Shown one piece after another: positions 38,147 to 48,830 of a stretch of 64,000 nucleotides of DNA (the stretch's first letter is position 1; each line of letters opens with the position of its first letter). The notes under the pieces were generated by a model, which saw only the letters and a program-made list of their open reading frames with translations, did no database searches and was not told the origin of the DNA. Source of the DNA: Botryllus schlosseri (taxonomy: Eukaryota); contig CM119376.1 in NCBI GenBank assembly GCA_051294905.1, positions 19,282,001 through 19,346,000 of the forward strand. Direction: 5' to 3'. The position numbers and the translations under genes were made by a program.

Positions 38147-38311
38147 CGCCGCCGATGGCCCCGAGCGAATTCAAAGTCATCGACAAGGGAACCTCGTTTC
38201 TACGGCTGCTGGTCACGCCCGGCAAGGACGACGGAGGATCCAGAGTCTGGAAATATCAACTCTCATATCTGCAATTAGCGCACGCGAACGACACGCCATC
38301 TTCGCCAGAAG
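38147..38311 (+). CDS. Dscam: Dscam-like exon 12: FN3 (FN5-like) N-half
   Basis: PPMAPSEFKVIDKGTSFLRLLVTPGKDDGGSRVWKYQLSY resembles DSCAM FN5 PPDQP...[20 protein letters not shown]. Confidence 0.9.
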
Positions 38312-39592
38312 GTACACATAGGTATTTTCGGAAAGAGCTCCTAACTGTCACATCTGCATGCCGCGGAAGAGTAATACTAATATAATCGACCTAGCTCAGC
38401 AAGTTTGCAATTTCTGTTTTGCCATGTACCACGGCTTGGTGATGAATATATTTAGACTATTTGCTTATCGTCTATTAGTGTACACCATTTAGGTTTGTTA
38501 TTACTGCATCAGACTGATGCAAGTTTGAAAGCCTAACCGCACCGAGATGCATCCCGAGTTCAGAAGATGGTAAACAAAAAGGGTTCACCAACTATACCAG
38601 CATTTTGATGCATGTGTGTTTTCGCTGTTTGGCATACTCCCGATAATTATAAGTCGCAGTTCATGCGTGCTTTGTTAAATTGATGGAAATATAACCGCTA
38701 CACGGTCGCATCCTGTACGGGATGACGAGCCGGTGTGTGCGCATGCGCTTACGGGGTCGCAGGTCAGCGTCTTTAGTTCCGTTAATCCAATTACGGCATT
38801 TCCGCACGTTTGCGATGCATCGCGGAAAGTGTCGGCATACGCCTGATTCGGCCTGCGTAACTTATCGTGAGCGTATTTCCCATGTCGGCCTTTGGAAAAG
38901 TTGTAAGTTCACTCGAGTGCTCAGTCAACCGAGGGCTTGCCGACCAGACAATTATTTTTGGCATTATCTTCGCCACCCGTCATGCCTACCTGCCTTCGTT
39001 CGTAAACAAAATATATTCGGTGTAAACTGAGCAGCAAATTAAGGCATTTTCTGTGTCTTGTGCGCGGGCGGTAAATGTAGTCATCGGTGCTGCTCAAACT
39101 CAATTACAATAAGTATAAGTAAATATTTTCGCGACATGTCAAACTGCTATGATTGGGAGTAGAAAATGAATGATTTGAAAAGCTTTCAAGTAAGTAGTTT
39201 CGAAAAGAAGATTTGGAGGAGAGTTATCATACTTTTGACAGTAAATCGGTGGTGGATAATTTCGAAATTGTGAGGTCTAACGCGAAATGACAAATCAAAC
39301 TACCAATATGAGCAGTTACCGTCATGAAAACAAAACCGCAAACTACTGCGTCCTTTACAAAGTACAAAGTGTACAATGTGAGTGATTTTGCCGTAAAATC
39401 ACTGCAGCAAACGTGGAAATAGTCCTAAAGCAAAACGACATGAGCACTTCGAAAAAATAGAAGTATATTGTTAGTGACCACTGACCACGCCTGCTATTTA
39501 CATGGTGCGACAGAGAACCTTGCTGTAATTCCGTGAGATATACTCTCGCGACTTTCATTGAACAAATTATAAGTTTCACTCTACTTCTTTAG

Positions 39593-39796
39593 GTATCCCA
39601 ACACAGACCAAGTCTCTGGACGAAGCGAATTCGCCCGTGCGCGTTACTCGACCCGCGTCAGCGAAGCCGGGAGCGCAGGAGATCGTTTTGGATAAGTTGG
39701 AATGCGGCACCAAGTACGAAGTTGTCATCAGAGCTAAAAACGAAATCGGCGCCAGCCCTCTTGCGACAGGCCTGACCGCTACCACATTAGGGACAG
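39593..39796 (+). CDS. Dscam: Dscam-like exon 13: FN5-like C-half
   Basis: LDKLECGTKYEVVIRAKNEIGAS...ATTLG resembles DSCAM [21 protein letters not shown]...AKTLG. Confidence 0.92.
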
Positions 39797-41306
39797 GTTG
39801 GTGTATTTTATTGCTTGATTTCTTATTTCATAGGTGTTGAAGGTCGAGATATTTAAATATAGATTTCAATTTTCAATTATGATTCATCAACATCTGTGCC
39901 TATCTCATGCTTGCAGACAGCCTTATTTCCCAATCAGTATGTACTGACAAACAAACACTGCAACGAGCTTTAGGGTTTACTTTACGATGATGCCATACAT
40001 TACCACTGTCCACACAACATGACGCGATGATTAGGATTTTGGTACACTAATTCACGGACAACTCGAGAAAGGTTTTTCCGAAAACATGTTTTCGAATAGA
40101 TATCTTGGCGGCGTTAAAAGCTGGTGAAGTGGGATGGAGGTCCAAGTTGAAGTCGCGTCATTTGTATTGTTTATTAGATCATGCGAATCAAAGAACCAGA
40201 TCTTCCTAATGGGTTACCGCGGTGTAAGAAGTATCCGACCATCTGTTTTCAATGAAATGTTCGATCTTTTGAACCAGAATTCCTTGATTGATGATTCCAG
40301 CCATTTCCGATAGCCGCAGATAACTCGTTTATGCAGATCCTTAACCTCATAGGACTCGTAATTTACCTGATTCATTGATTCTTGCATATATCATCGTTTC
40401 TATGAGTAATGCCCTGTTTCAAATGAAGGCTATATCTCATTTGTACTTCGACAACCTCGCAGTATCAAATTGCGCGCATGTGCTTTTTAAAGCTATTATT
40501 ATTACGTAATAGTTTCCGTGCGCTTTAAATACACATGTATTCGTTCTGCCGGAAAGATATATATCTATCCAATTACACCTTTCCATGTTTAGTAGAAGCC
40601 TACTGGATTTTAGCTGCGGTGCGGTGACGTAATTTTTCTCGTTCATCTGGCTTTCTCCGTCACTTGAAGTGGTCTGACTTGAACACTCGATTTGTATTCT
40701 AAACATGATTATGTGTTTTCGTCGGGAAAGCGTGGCTTTGCCGCTCGTGAAACCGTCAAAATGCGACACGAAATATTATGTACTGGAGTGGCCTGCGATA
40801 AATGAGCCATCTGTCCGTTGTTTGTGCCGTTTCCGTGAACGAGTGCGATGAACTGACGGTGGTGATAGGCTGAGTATTGATACTTAGTTGCACCTGGGTT
40901 ATTCGCCTAATTATTTGTGTAGGACTTATATTCGCAAGGAAGTGTTATGAATTTATTGTAATACTTTTCGATATCAACAATTTCTTATCGTGTTTATCAG
41001 CATATCGCATTGCTATCTTTTCGGGAATGCGTACATAACCTGTGGAGGTGAAGTTGAGACCAATAACGGCCCTGACGATATCAACTTACTCTCACCTTGT
41101 AACTTTATAATGTCACGTCACAATTAACCGTCACCACAACAAGTAAATTGATTTATGCAGAGTAACTAGAATTCTTTTGTATATCCTTTATACATGTTCG
41201 CTGTCAATAGTGTGACCCAACTTTACAAGTTTTACAACTTTACAAGTATTTACAAGTTTACATGCGATACTTGCCGCATTCGATTACATTCGCCGTATTT
41301 TTACAG

Positions 41307-41408
41307 CCCCTGTGTTACCGGCGGAGAAAGAGCTACTGGTATTCAAGAATCAAACGACAGTTGTTTTGGATTTGCGTGCATTTCAGAACGGCGGTTGCCC
41401 GATCACAG
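41307..41408 (+). CDS. Dscam: Dscam-like exon 14: FN6-like start
   Basis: APVLPAEKELLVFKNQTTVVLDLRAFQNGGCPIT resembles DSCAM [28 protein letters not shown]. Confidence 0.93.
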
Positions 41409-42048
41409 GTATGCATGAAGTCGTCAATCTATTTACCCCGTCGAGTGCGTACTCGGTACGCGGTTTCCGGTGTTTTGTTATTGCCGTGGGGTACTCAAAA
41501 TGTGAATGAGTCCTTAAACAAAAGCGATGTTTTATGCCGTACATGAAAATATGTGCCAGTACCATACTGGAACACGTGTGCCGCCTGTTTATGTCACCCT
41601 GCCAGACTTGAAAACTAGATCATTCTGATTGTATAATTAGACATATTAAAGCGAGATGCTAATAATCTAATTATAATGTACTAAGTGAAATGTTTCTATT
41701 CTCCAGTTTTAATTCAAATTTATATTATGGTTTTCCTGAAAATTCTACATTAGAATTGTGAAGTGCGAAACCAGTCAAGCTTGATGGTATACAGACTTTC
41801 GTCACTATCATGTTAATGATAACGAACCCTGATTGATATGAACTGAGCTAAAAATTAGTAGTATTTCTTTTTTATTCGCGATTTAATTCAATTTAATAGT
41901 TGTATCGAATTCAATGATTCCAATTTACTTTGAAAAAAACTGTGTAGCTGTAATTATAGTTACAATCTAATTTGTAACATCTGAAAATTTTCTAGTCGTG
42001 CAACCCCGCACTCATATCCTGATCTACGTCAAACCATTACTTATACAG

Positions 42049-42200
42049 AATTATGGATCGAAATAGCTCAACACGGAACCACGGAATGGAACGTGACGAA
42101 ACTGGATAGGGAAGTTCTCGACGGACGATTATCAGGCGACACCAAAACCGGAGACGTCGGAGATCAAAATCCCGGTTATTTCGTTTTTACGGATTTACAC
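42049..42200 (+). CDS. Dscam: Dscam-like exon 15: FN6-like middle
   Basis: LWIEIAQHGTTEWNV...YFVFTDLH; TACAG acceptor and |GTGAGT donor; phases 1/0. Confidence 0.88.
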
Positions 42201-42283
42201 GTGAGTGCGAGCCCTCCGCAGATACTCTACTATCCAATATCCCACATTTCGGAATCTTATACATTGCGTTTGCTTCCGCTCAG

Positions 42284-42403
42284 GTCGGCACTTGGTACAA
42301 GGTGTGGACATCGGCTTGCAACGTGGCCGGGTGCAATTACAAGACGTATTCTTTAGCGACACTTCTTGCCAACGGAGCTACCATACCACCGATAGAAAGA
42401 AAG
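42284..42403 (+). CDS. Dscam: Dscam-like exon 16: FN6-like end
   Basis: VGTWYKVWTSACNVAGC...ATLLANGATIPP resembles DSCAM ATWYELQMRVCNSAGC...ATLNYDGSTIPP. Confidence 0.93.
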
Positions 42404-43182
42404 GTACATGCGACGAATCTGTTATGTTTTGGTCTCTTTACTCTGTCTGCCCGGTATCGCGTGTATTAGATTACTATTATCGATTGCTGTGAAGGTGCTC
42501 GTGACAATAACTGTAAAAGTATAGGTTAGGGTGTGTTAAAAATGAGCTGGAACGAAGGCCGATATTCATATTAGAATGAAGATATCGTAAATCCACTACT
42601 AAGCTTTAATACGCGCCGAAAATATCACGGGTATTTTGCGTGGCGCGAAGGCCGCCCTACCTTTAAGCTACGGGACGCGGTACCCCAGCATACCGCCAGA
42701 GGCGATCGGATTTGATATGTCAAATGTAAATCCTGTTCCGAATTTGAGATTTAAAAATAGAGTGAATTTCATATCATCTGAGGAGGTCAAATTAGTTATC
42801 ATTGGCACCGTAGTAGAAGTAGAAGCAGGGTCGTAATTTTCTACTGAAGTGCAGTGGTGATTTTTAGTATTCTAGTATTCTTTGCCTAAAAATTGAAAAA
42901 TGTTACGCCGAAGAGGAAGAAATCTTAAATCATAATCACTTGAGTAAGTAGACCAAGTATAGGCAAAGAGTACTTTAGTATACTCCGAGAAAGTAGAAGT
43001 ACTTCGTTAACCGTTACGAAACACTTGTATGGCACGAAGGAATACGAAAATGACAGAATCTTTCTCAAAACTCTCATGAAATTGGAAAGTATATGAATCT
43101 CGGTGTCTAAGTAGTACTCCAAATTTAACAGTAAAAAATCGTACATCCAATACTGTTCAAGTCGTCAATTAGGTTTTTTTTC

Positions 43183-43562
43183 GGTTCTATACCAATACCG
43201 AGAAAACCATTACCGAGAACGGATGTTACCGAGAATGGACATTACCGAGAATGGTCATTACCGAGAATGGTCATTACCGAGAATGGTCATTACCGAGAAA
43301 GGACACCACAGAGAATGGACGTTACCGAGAATGGCCAATGCCAAGAATCTAACTTGCTGGGACGGACGCTGTCGAGAAATTTATACACCTAAGAACCGAC
43401 ACCGAATGCGGCAAAGCCGTGATGCACATGCACACGGCCTCTTCATATGCATAACATGCCTGAATTTCATACATTGCATTCTCGGTAATGCCCATTCTCT
43501 GTGGTGCCCATTTTCGGTAATGAAATTCTCGGTAATGGTTTTCTCGGTATTGACCAGATACC
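43183..43562. mobile_element. Small foldback-like MITE with 15-bp TACCGAGAATGG subrepeats
   Basis: CAATACCGAGAAAACCATTACCGAGAA at the left is mirrored by TTCTCGGTAATGGTTTTCTCGGTATTG at the right; tandem 15-mers inside both arms. Confidence 0.8.
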
Positions 43563-43699
43563 ATTCAAAAAAAAATCTGAATCCAAGCCAAATCGATCAT
43601 CTCAAGAGGTCGCCACGCTGGTGAACCATATACACGTGCCAACATTAAGAACGTATCGGCACGCCGAACTCCATACTGATCATCTCCACCTCGTTTCAG

Positions 43700-43829
43700 A
43701 CCGCCGAATCTCACGACCGTCGATTCCTGATTCCCATGATCTGCGGATTCGGACTCGTCATCCTACTAGCGTCGCTTCTCCTGCTGTACAGGCACAAGCA
43801 ACGCGCCAAGAAAGTCACGCGGATGAAAG
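43700..43829 (+). CDS. Dscam: Dscam-like exon 17: transmembrane helix
   Basis: FLIPMICGFGLVILLASLLLLY followed by basic RHKQRAKK; phases 0/1. The frame differs from ORF track entry 43501. Confidence 0.92.
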
Positions 43830-43960
43830 GTACAAAGTCATTATCACACATCTCCTAGCCTGTCTCGAGGGACGCGATGGCGAGCTAATCTCGCTTGATA
43901 ATGCATGCGTTCTTGAACATAACAAAAAGAGTAACGCGCTGTCCGTGTCTGATTTTGTAG

Positions 43961-44124
43961 CGGCAAAGAAAATGGCCCGCACTCTGCTGTACAAAACGGA
44001 CGACGACGGCCCGCCTGATTCGGGAATACGAGTGAGTTTACCGAACGCGGAAGGCACCAGCCCGGCTTCCGTACTCGTGGAGACGTCTGTCTCGATCGAT
44101 AGCGACGGCGAAACTTCAGTTCAG
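43961..44124 (+). CDS. Dscam: Dscam-like exon 18: cytoplasmic
   Basis: TTTTGTAG acceptor; AKKMARTLLYKTDDDGPPDSGIR...ETSVQ; phase-0 donor after 44124, or alternatively after 44031. Confidence 0.8.
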
Positions 44125-44168
44125 GTTGGCAAAACGCATTCATTACGATATATCGTATACATTGATAG

Positions 44169-44452
44169 TAGGGCTGTGCAAAATCGAGTACCTGAGTGAT
44201 TCGATTCAGAATCACGTATTATGCTTCGAGTCGAGTAGTCGAGTATCACTCATTATGACGTCACAACAGAATGAACTATGTCAAAGTTAAAATATGCACC
44301 TTTTATGTCACCACAAAGAATATAATGCCTAGCATCCGTTACATCAAAGATACTTCGATATTTTTCGACCATGCCGATTTCATTGCACTTCGTGACAATG
44401 TTGTGGGATGATCATGATTTCGGAAATGTGTTATTTCCAGTAACGTTCGTAG
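44169..44452 (+). mobile_element. Truncated copy of the TAGGGCTG hAT-MITE
   Basis: Colinear with the first part of 49640-50149 (AAAATCGAGTACCTGAGTGATTCGATT...GTAACGTTCGTAG); right TIR missing. Confidence 0.8.
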
Positions 44453-44656
44453 AAGTAGAAGTAGAAGCAGATCGGGTGTGTGTTAGTGACAGAGGCAAAC
44501 ATAGTGAAGTGTTGGTCAAAGGTATCATTGCTTACGTCGTCTTTGATGTTCTACATGAAATTTATTACGTACAATTCGCAGTTTCTCTACTGTCTGCCAT
44601 ACAGTTGGCGTGAAAGCGAAAAGGCCATCCTTAATTACCTTGTAATCCTGTTAAAG

Positions 44657-44891
44657 GCCGCGGAGCGTGGAGAAAGGCGCGGCTCCTGCGAACCCTTGGT
44701 GGATGACGCGGCGACGGAGAGATGCGACGTTTTGACTCATCTGCCGACTGTGAGCGCGGCGACTACGCTGTCGCAAGGGAAGGCGAGCGCTTGTAGCTGG
44801 GGCAGCGAGAGGACGAAAGTTTCAAGAGAGGGAAAGTTGTCGTTGAAAGACAACGCGGAACTGGCCGTGTTTAGAGATATGGCTTCTTCAG
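44657..44891 (+). CDS. Dscam: Dscam-like exon 19: cytoplasmic
   Basis: AAERGERRGSCEPLVDD...DMASS; GC-rich open block with phases 0/1 that fit its neighbours. Confidence 0.75.
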
Positions 44892-45216
44892 GTAAATGAA
44901 CGAAGATTTTTGATAATATGTTCCTGATTCGTTCGTTCTTACGATATTTGGATCCAGCATGCTTATATTTTGTTACCCATGGGTGGATATTGGTCTGTTT
45001 ACCAAATGGATGCAGTGCAGATGCAAATACTGGTGGTATGCTGGTTAATAGATGCCAGTTTTGTATGTAGTGTACAAAGTATTTTTGACCTTGTCCACTT
45101 CTTAAGTATTCTTCAAGACGTCTGTACACAGTTTACAATGTACAGTTTGTATATGTACAATGTACATGTACAGTTGTACACTTATTCACGCGTAAAGCGC
45201 TGTAATATCGTTTTAG

Positions 45217-46389
45217 ATGACGAAGATCCATCCACCGAACCTTTGGTTTGCGACGAGAGCGCCTTCGGAGACTCCGGTACCTGGTCGTTTTTCAAACCCG
45301 CCCGCGGCGCGGCGATCGCAAAAACCGACCGGGCGCTGCCGAAAAAAGCAACCAAGCCGGCGGTCAGCAGGCAGTCTTCCACGTCGTCCGGCACAGACGA
45401 AGAACTAGCCCAAGTTTTCGGGCTGTCTTGCTCGAAACATAAACCGGAGACGGAGAAAAACAGGACGTCCGACGTTAACAAAAACTACAGACCGTCATCA
45501 AACGAAGACAATCGCAGCACGAGGGAGCGGAAACCACCCGGTAGTCGAAATCGACAAGAAAAACAATTCCCGAGACCAGGGTTAATCGCGGACTTGGTAA
45601 AGCAAGAGCTTCGCTCTAATTCAACCGGTATGATGCAGAAAAACGACCCGCGCCATTTCAGACCGTTAAATAATGACGGCGCACACGGCGCTAAGCGCCA
45701 ACACCAGGTAAACACCCGACCGAACCCGGCGTTCAACACTTCCAATCATACTCAGTTTAATATGCACCGGCCCTATAGCGGTCACCAGCGAGGCAATACC
45801 TACGCTAACGACCACACGCACGATTTGAAAAGTCAACTAACCGCGCACGCGCAGAACGCAGACATTTTACGCGCTTCTCCGTACGGAGAACGTCAATGGG
45901 TAGACACGTACGACTCCAGATGCAGCACTAATCGTAGTAAACCACCCTCGTGGGGTTCAATCGAATTGGACAAACAAGGTTATCTTACGCCGCCCCCTAG
46001 CGCAGACCCAACACCATTGCGACCGCATCGCGATAGGGGGACGCCTAAATACAGAGGTAGCGATACGAACACAGACACCGACGCTGTATTTGACTACCCA
46101 GCGAAAGACAACAGCAGGAAACTGGACACTAGCAGCCCGCGCGATTCGGGTATCGGAAGTGACGAAGGCCCCGCGTCGAGGCATTTGACGGCGTCTGTCT
46201 CTCCGGCGACCATGAAGGTCAGGGCAGGGCGGAAGTCTCTGGACAGTTTGGACGAGATGGAGATGAAAAAAGGCGAGGGGTTGATTTCGGGAAACGCGTA
46301 TTCGAACGCGAGGAAGGAACATCAATTTATGATGTCGCCCCCGCTCACGCCGCCGGTAAACCAGGCCAAATTGCAGCCTCACATTTTCG
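45217..46389 (+). CDS. Dscam: Dscam-like exon 20: large low-complexity cytoplasmic exon (391 codons)
   Basis: TTTTAG acceptor; open for 1173 nt; contains PPPS/PPLTPP; donor G|GTGAGT. Confidence 0.88.
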
Positions 46390-46460
46390 GTGAGTGTTGT
46401 GATACTGACATAGCAGAGAGCTCGCATTCGTATTCCCGCATTCGTATTTTGGTGTATCTG

Positions 46461-46878
46461 TAGTAAGGCGGAGCATCGATCGGAGTCGGATTGTATATCC
46501 GGCCGGTTTTTCTCATTTTTGACCGGAGCCGGATCAGTACTTTTTTGAAACGGTCGGACTCGGATCAGCAATATTTACTAAGAATATGACAGCATTGACA
46601 GCCTTACTTACCCTCTTCCCCCCAATCAATAGTTAAAGTGAAACGTTCATGGAAATAAACCACATGCTAAGTCCAAGTTGGCAATATTACTTCAGATAAA
46701 GGCTTGGCTTGATCTTTTGAGTTTTTAATTCTCTTGCATTGTTTCAGTCAATATTCAATACCAGCCTGTGAACAGATTATTATTATTGGAGTGTTTCGGA
46801 CCGGATCACGGTCATTTCTAGAATCCGGCCTAGGAGTCGGACCGGAGACCAGAGAATTTGTCGATCCGCTCCGCACTA
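46461..46878. mobile_element. MITE with CCGGA/GGATC subterminal repeats
   Basis: Imperfect TIRs TAGTAAGGCGGAGCATCGATC and GATCCGCTCCGCACTA; no TSD. Confidence 0.5.
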
Positions 46879-47516
46879 TTCTGTACGGTGTGGAGTCATT
46901 TGTTGATTAAATGTCTGCTATCTCAGCTTAATAACACATAAATTGATTCTATACAGATACGGCCTTACAATAGTAGTGGCTGTTACTGTTACCCTTGAGG
47001 ATGGTTCTACCTCACATGATTTCATAGCGATTAATGGCGGAGTTCATAGCCACAGAGGTCATGAATTTCAAGGATTACAGCAGAGCCTACCGGTCGATTT
47101 CGAAATCAGCTGATACTCTCCGAGTTCGGTGAATTATTTATCCCCTTCACACATGCCAACAATAATATTTACTGGTTGCATTATATTATCTAATTGAGGT
47201 CGTTATGTCATATTGAAAGATTATTTACACATGGAGTTCATTTACTTTCCATGCCGCCATATTGCACAAACTGAAATTTCTCCCATGTGTTTTTCACCAC
47301 TTATTTACCTGACCAATGATGTCAATGGGGTGCGTTAATTGTTTATCTCTTAGTCAAGCACATCAGACAAACCCATAACGAGCCTAATATGTTGCACCGA
47401 TCAACACACTTGCGTCCGCCATTTACCAATGGTAAACTGAGCTAGCTGATTAATTACTAATTTGAGCCCTAACACATTGCCGCAATATCCTCAACAGTCT
47501 TACATACTTTTTCCAG

Positions 47517-47830
47517 TCGACATATCCTCGAAGAGCAACACAACGCCGCCAAGAACCGCGCGATCCTCCTATCCGCCTTGCGGGCAAAATGTTCCAATGG
47601 GCGGCAAACAACCGCGGAGATTAGACTGTATCCCGACGCCGCCCCCTTCCGGACACAACACCCCGGTGGACGGTACTGGGTCGAGACCCAAATCCAAACA
47701 GGACCGCTGGCTCGTAGCGGACTTGGACGGCAGGCACGATTCCCGCCACAAAAACAGGCCGCACAAGAAAGACTCGAATTATTCGCTCGGTAAAAAGGAT
47801 CGCGGCTGGCAAACGTCGACTCTCGTTTAA
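47517..47830 (+). CDS. Dscam: Dscam-like terminal exon ending in a PDZ-binding motif
   Basis: TTTTTCCAG acceptor, phase 1; ends ...WQTSTLV-TAA, compared with vertebrate DSCAM ...SYTLV. Confidence 0.9.
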
Positions 47831-48808
47831 GCGAATGTTAGTTTGTAACTCCTATAATAAGTACAAGTGTCATGTCACCAGTACGCTACCTATATGCAAT
47901 GTTACGTTATGCGTATAGAAAGCGCAATACGACGGGAAGGTAGTTTGAGCCGGCAGTATCGACTTCGTTCAAGTTCAAAGATTACAATGTGACGCCATAA
48001 CAGAGCTTTGGGAATTTTCTCGGTGTCGTCCGGGGCCGCGACAGTGTATCTTTCTATTACATGCATCTGTCCATGGAATAGAACCTGGGTGAAGTGATCT
48101 TTAGTTTACGAATACTTTGCGTTTGGAATATTCGGTTTTGGAATGAAGTTGAAATGTTCTTCTTATAAATTTGGAACAAGGCTTCCCAGTGTTGGTGCCT
48201 ATATCTAAGTTACGTTGTGTTGTTGTTAAACCCTGGCAAACCACTACACAATTTACTTGCTTCAGCGACGTATTTCAACTGCTTTCGTCTACGTCCATCT
48301 GTAATTCAATCATGCACCGACTGCAGCCGCGCGCGTGTCGATTTGCGTTTTATTTTTAACGAGATATTCTATTGTATTTGTACTATTTTCTCGGTCTTTT
48401 TTCATTCTTACGGTTCTTCTTTGGTGTATCAGTTACTCTGTTTGTTTCTCGCGAAAGTCACTCTTTCGTGATTGGAGCGTTGATTGTGGTCACCAATGAA
48501 CAAAGATATCATACGAGTTGTCTTCACTGTTGCAACTGATAATAGCCAGGGAGATATCGAGAGGGAGGTATTCTTAGCGATCAAATTGCGCCAGGATACC
48601 ATACTGACGTCGACGTGATACTAGTTTGCTGGTCAAGATCTGAGATATGTTACACCAGGTAAAAGCGCCTTAGCGAATGCTGGTGGGTCAAACCACGCGG
48701 AATTGGTGAAAGTAGTCATCCTTGTTGCTTAGGTATAAGGAACGGTGAAAAGCATGAGTAAGCTCCGCAAAAAATATGTCAATTGTCCGACATATGAGGA
48801 CGTGACAC

Positions 48809-48814
48809 AATAAA
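48809..48814 (+). promoter_or_regulatory. Candidate polyadenylation signal of the Dscam-like gene
   Basis: First AATAAA I found downstream of the stop codon at 47830. Confidence 0.4.
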
Positions 48815-48830
48815 AGACGACAGTCCAACC

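Noticed and set aside
43501-44199. 232-aa ORF as a separate gene
   Set aside because: It starts in MITE sequence, crosses the TM exon in the wrong frame, and matches the real frame only in exon 18.
45957-46571. 204-aa minus-strand ORF (also 45182-45481 and 45485-45745)
   Set aside because: These are antisense shadows of the GC-rich exon 20, with no motifs or splice support.
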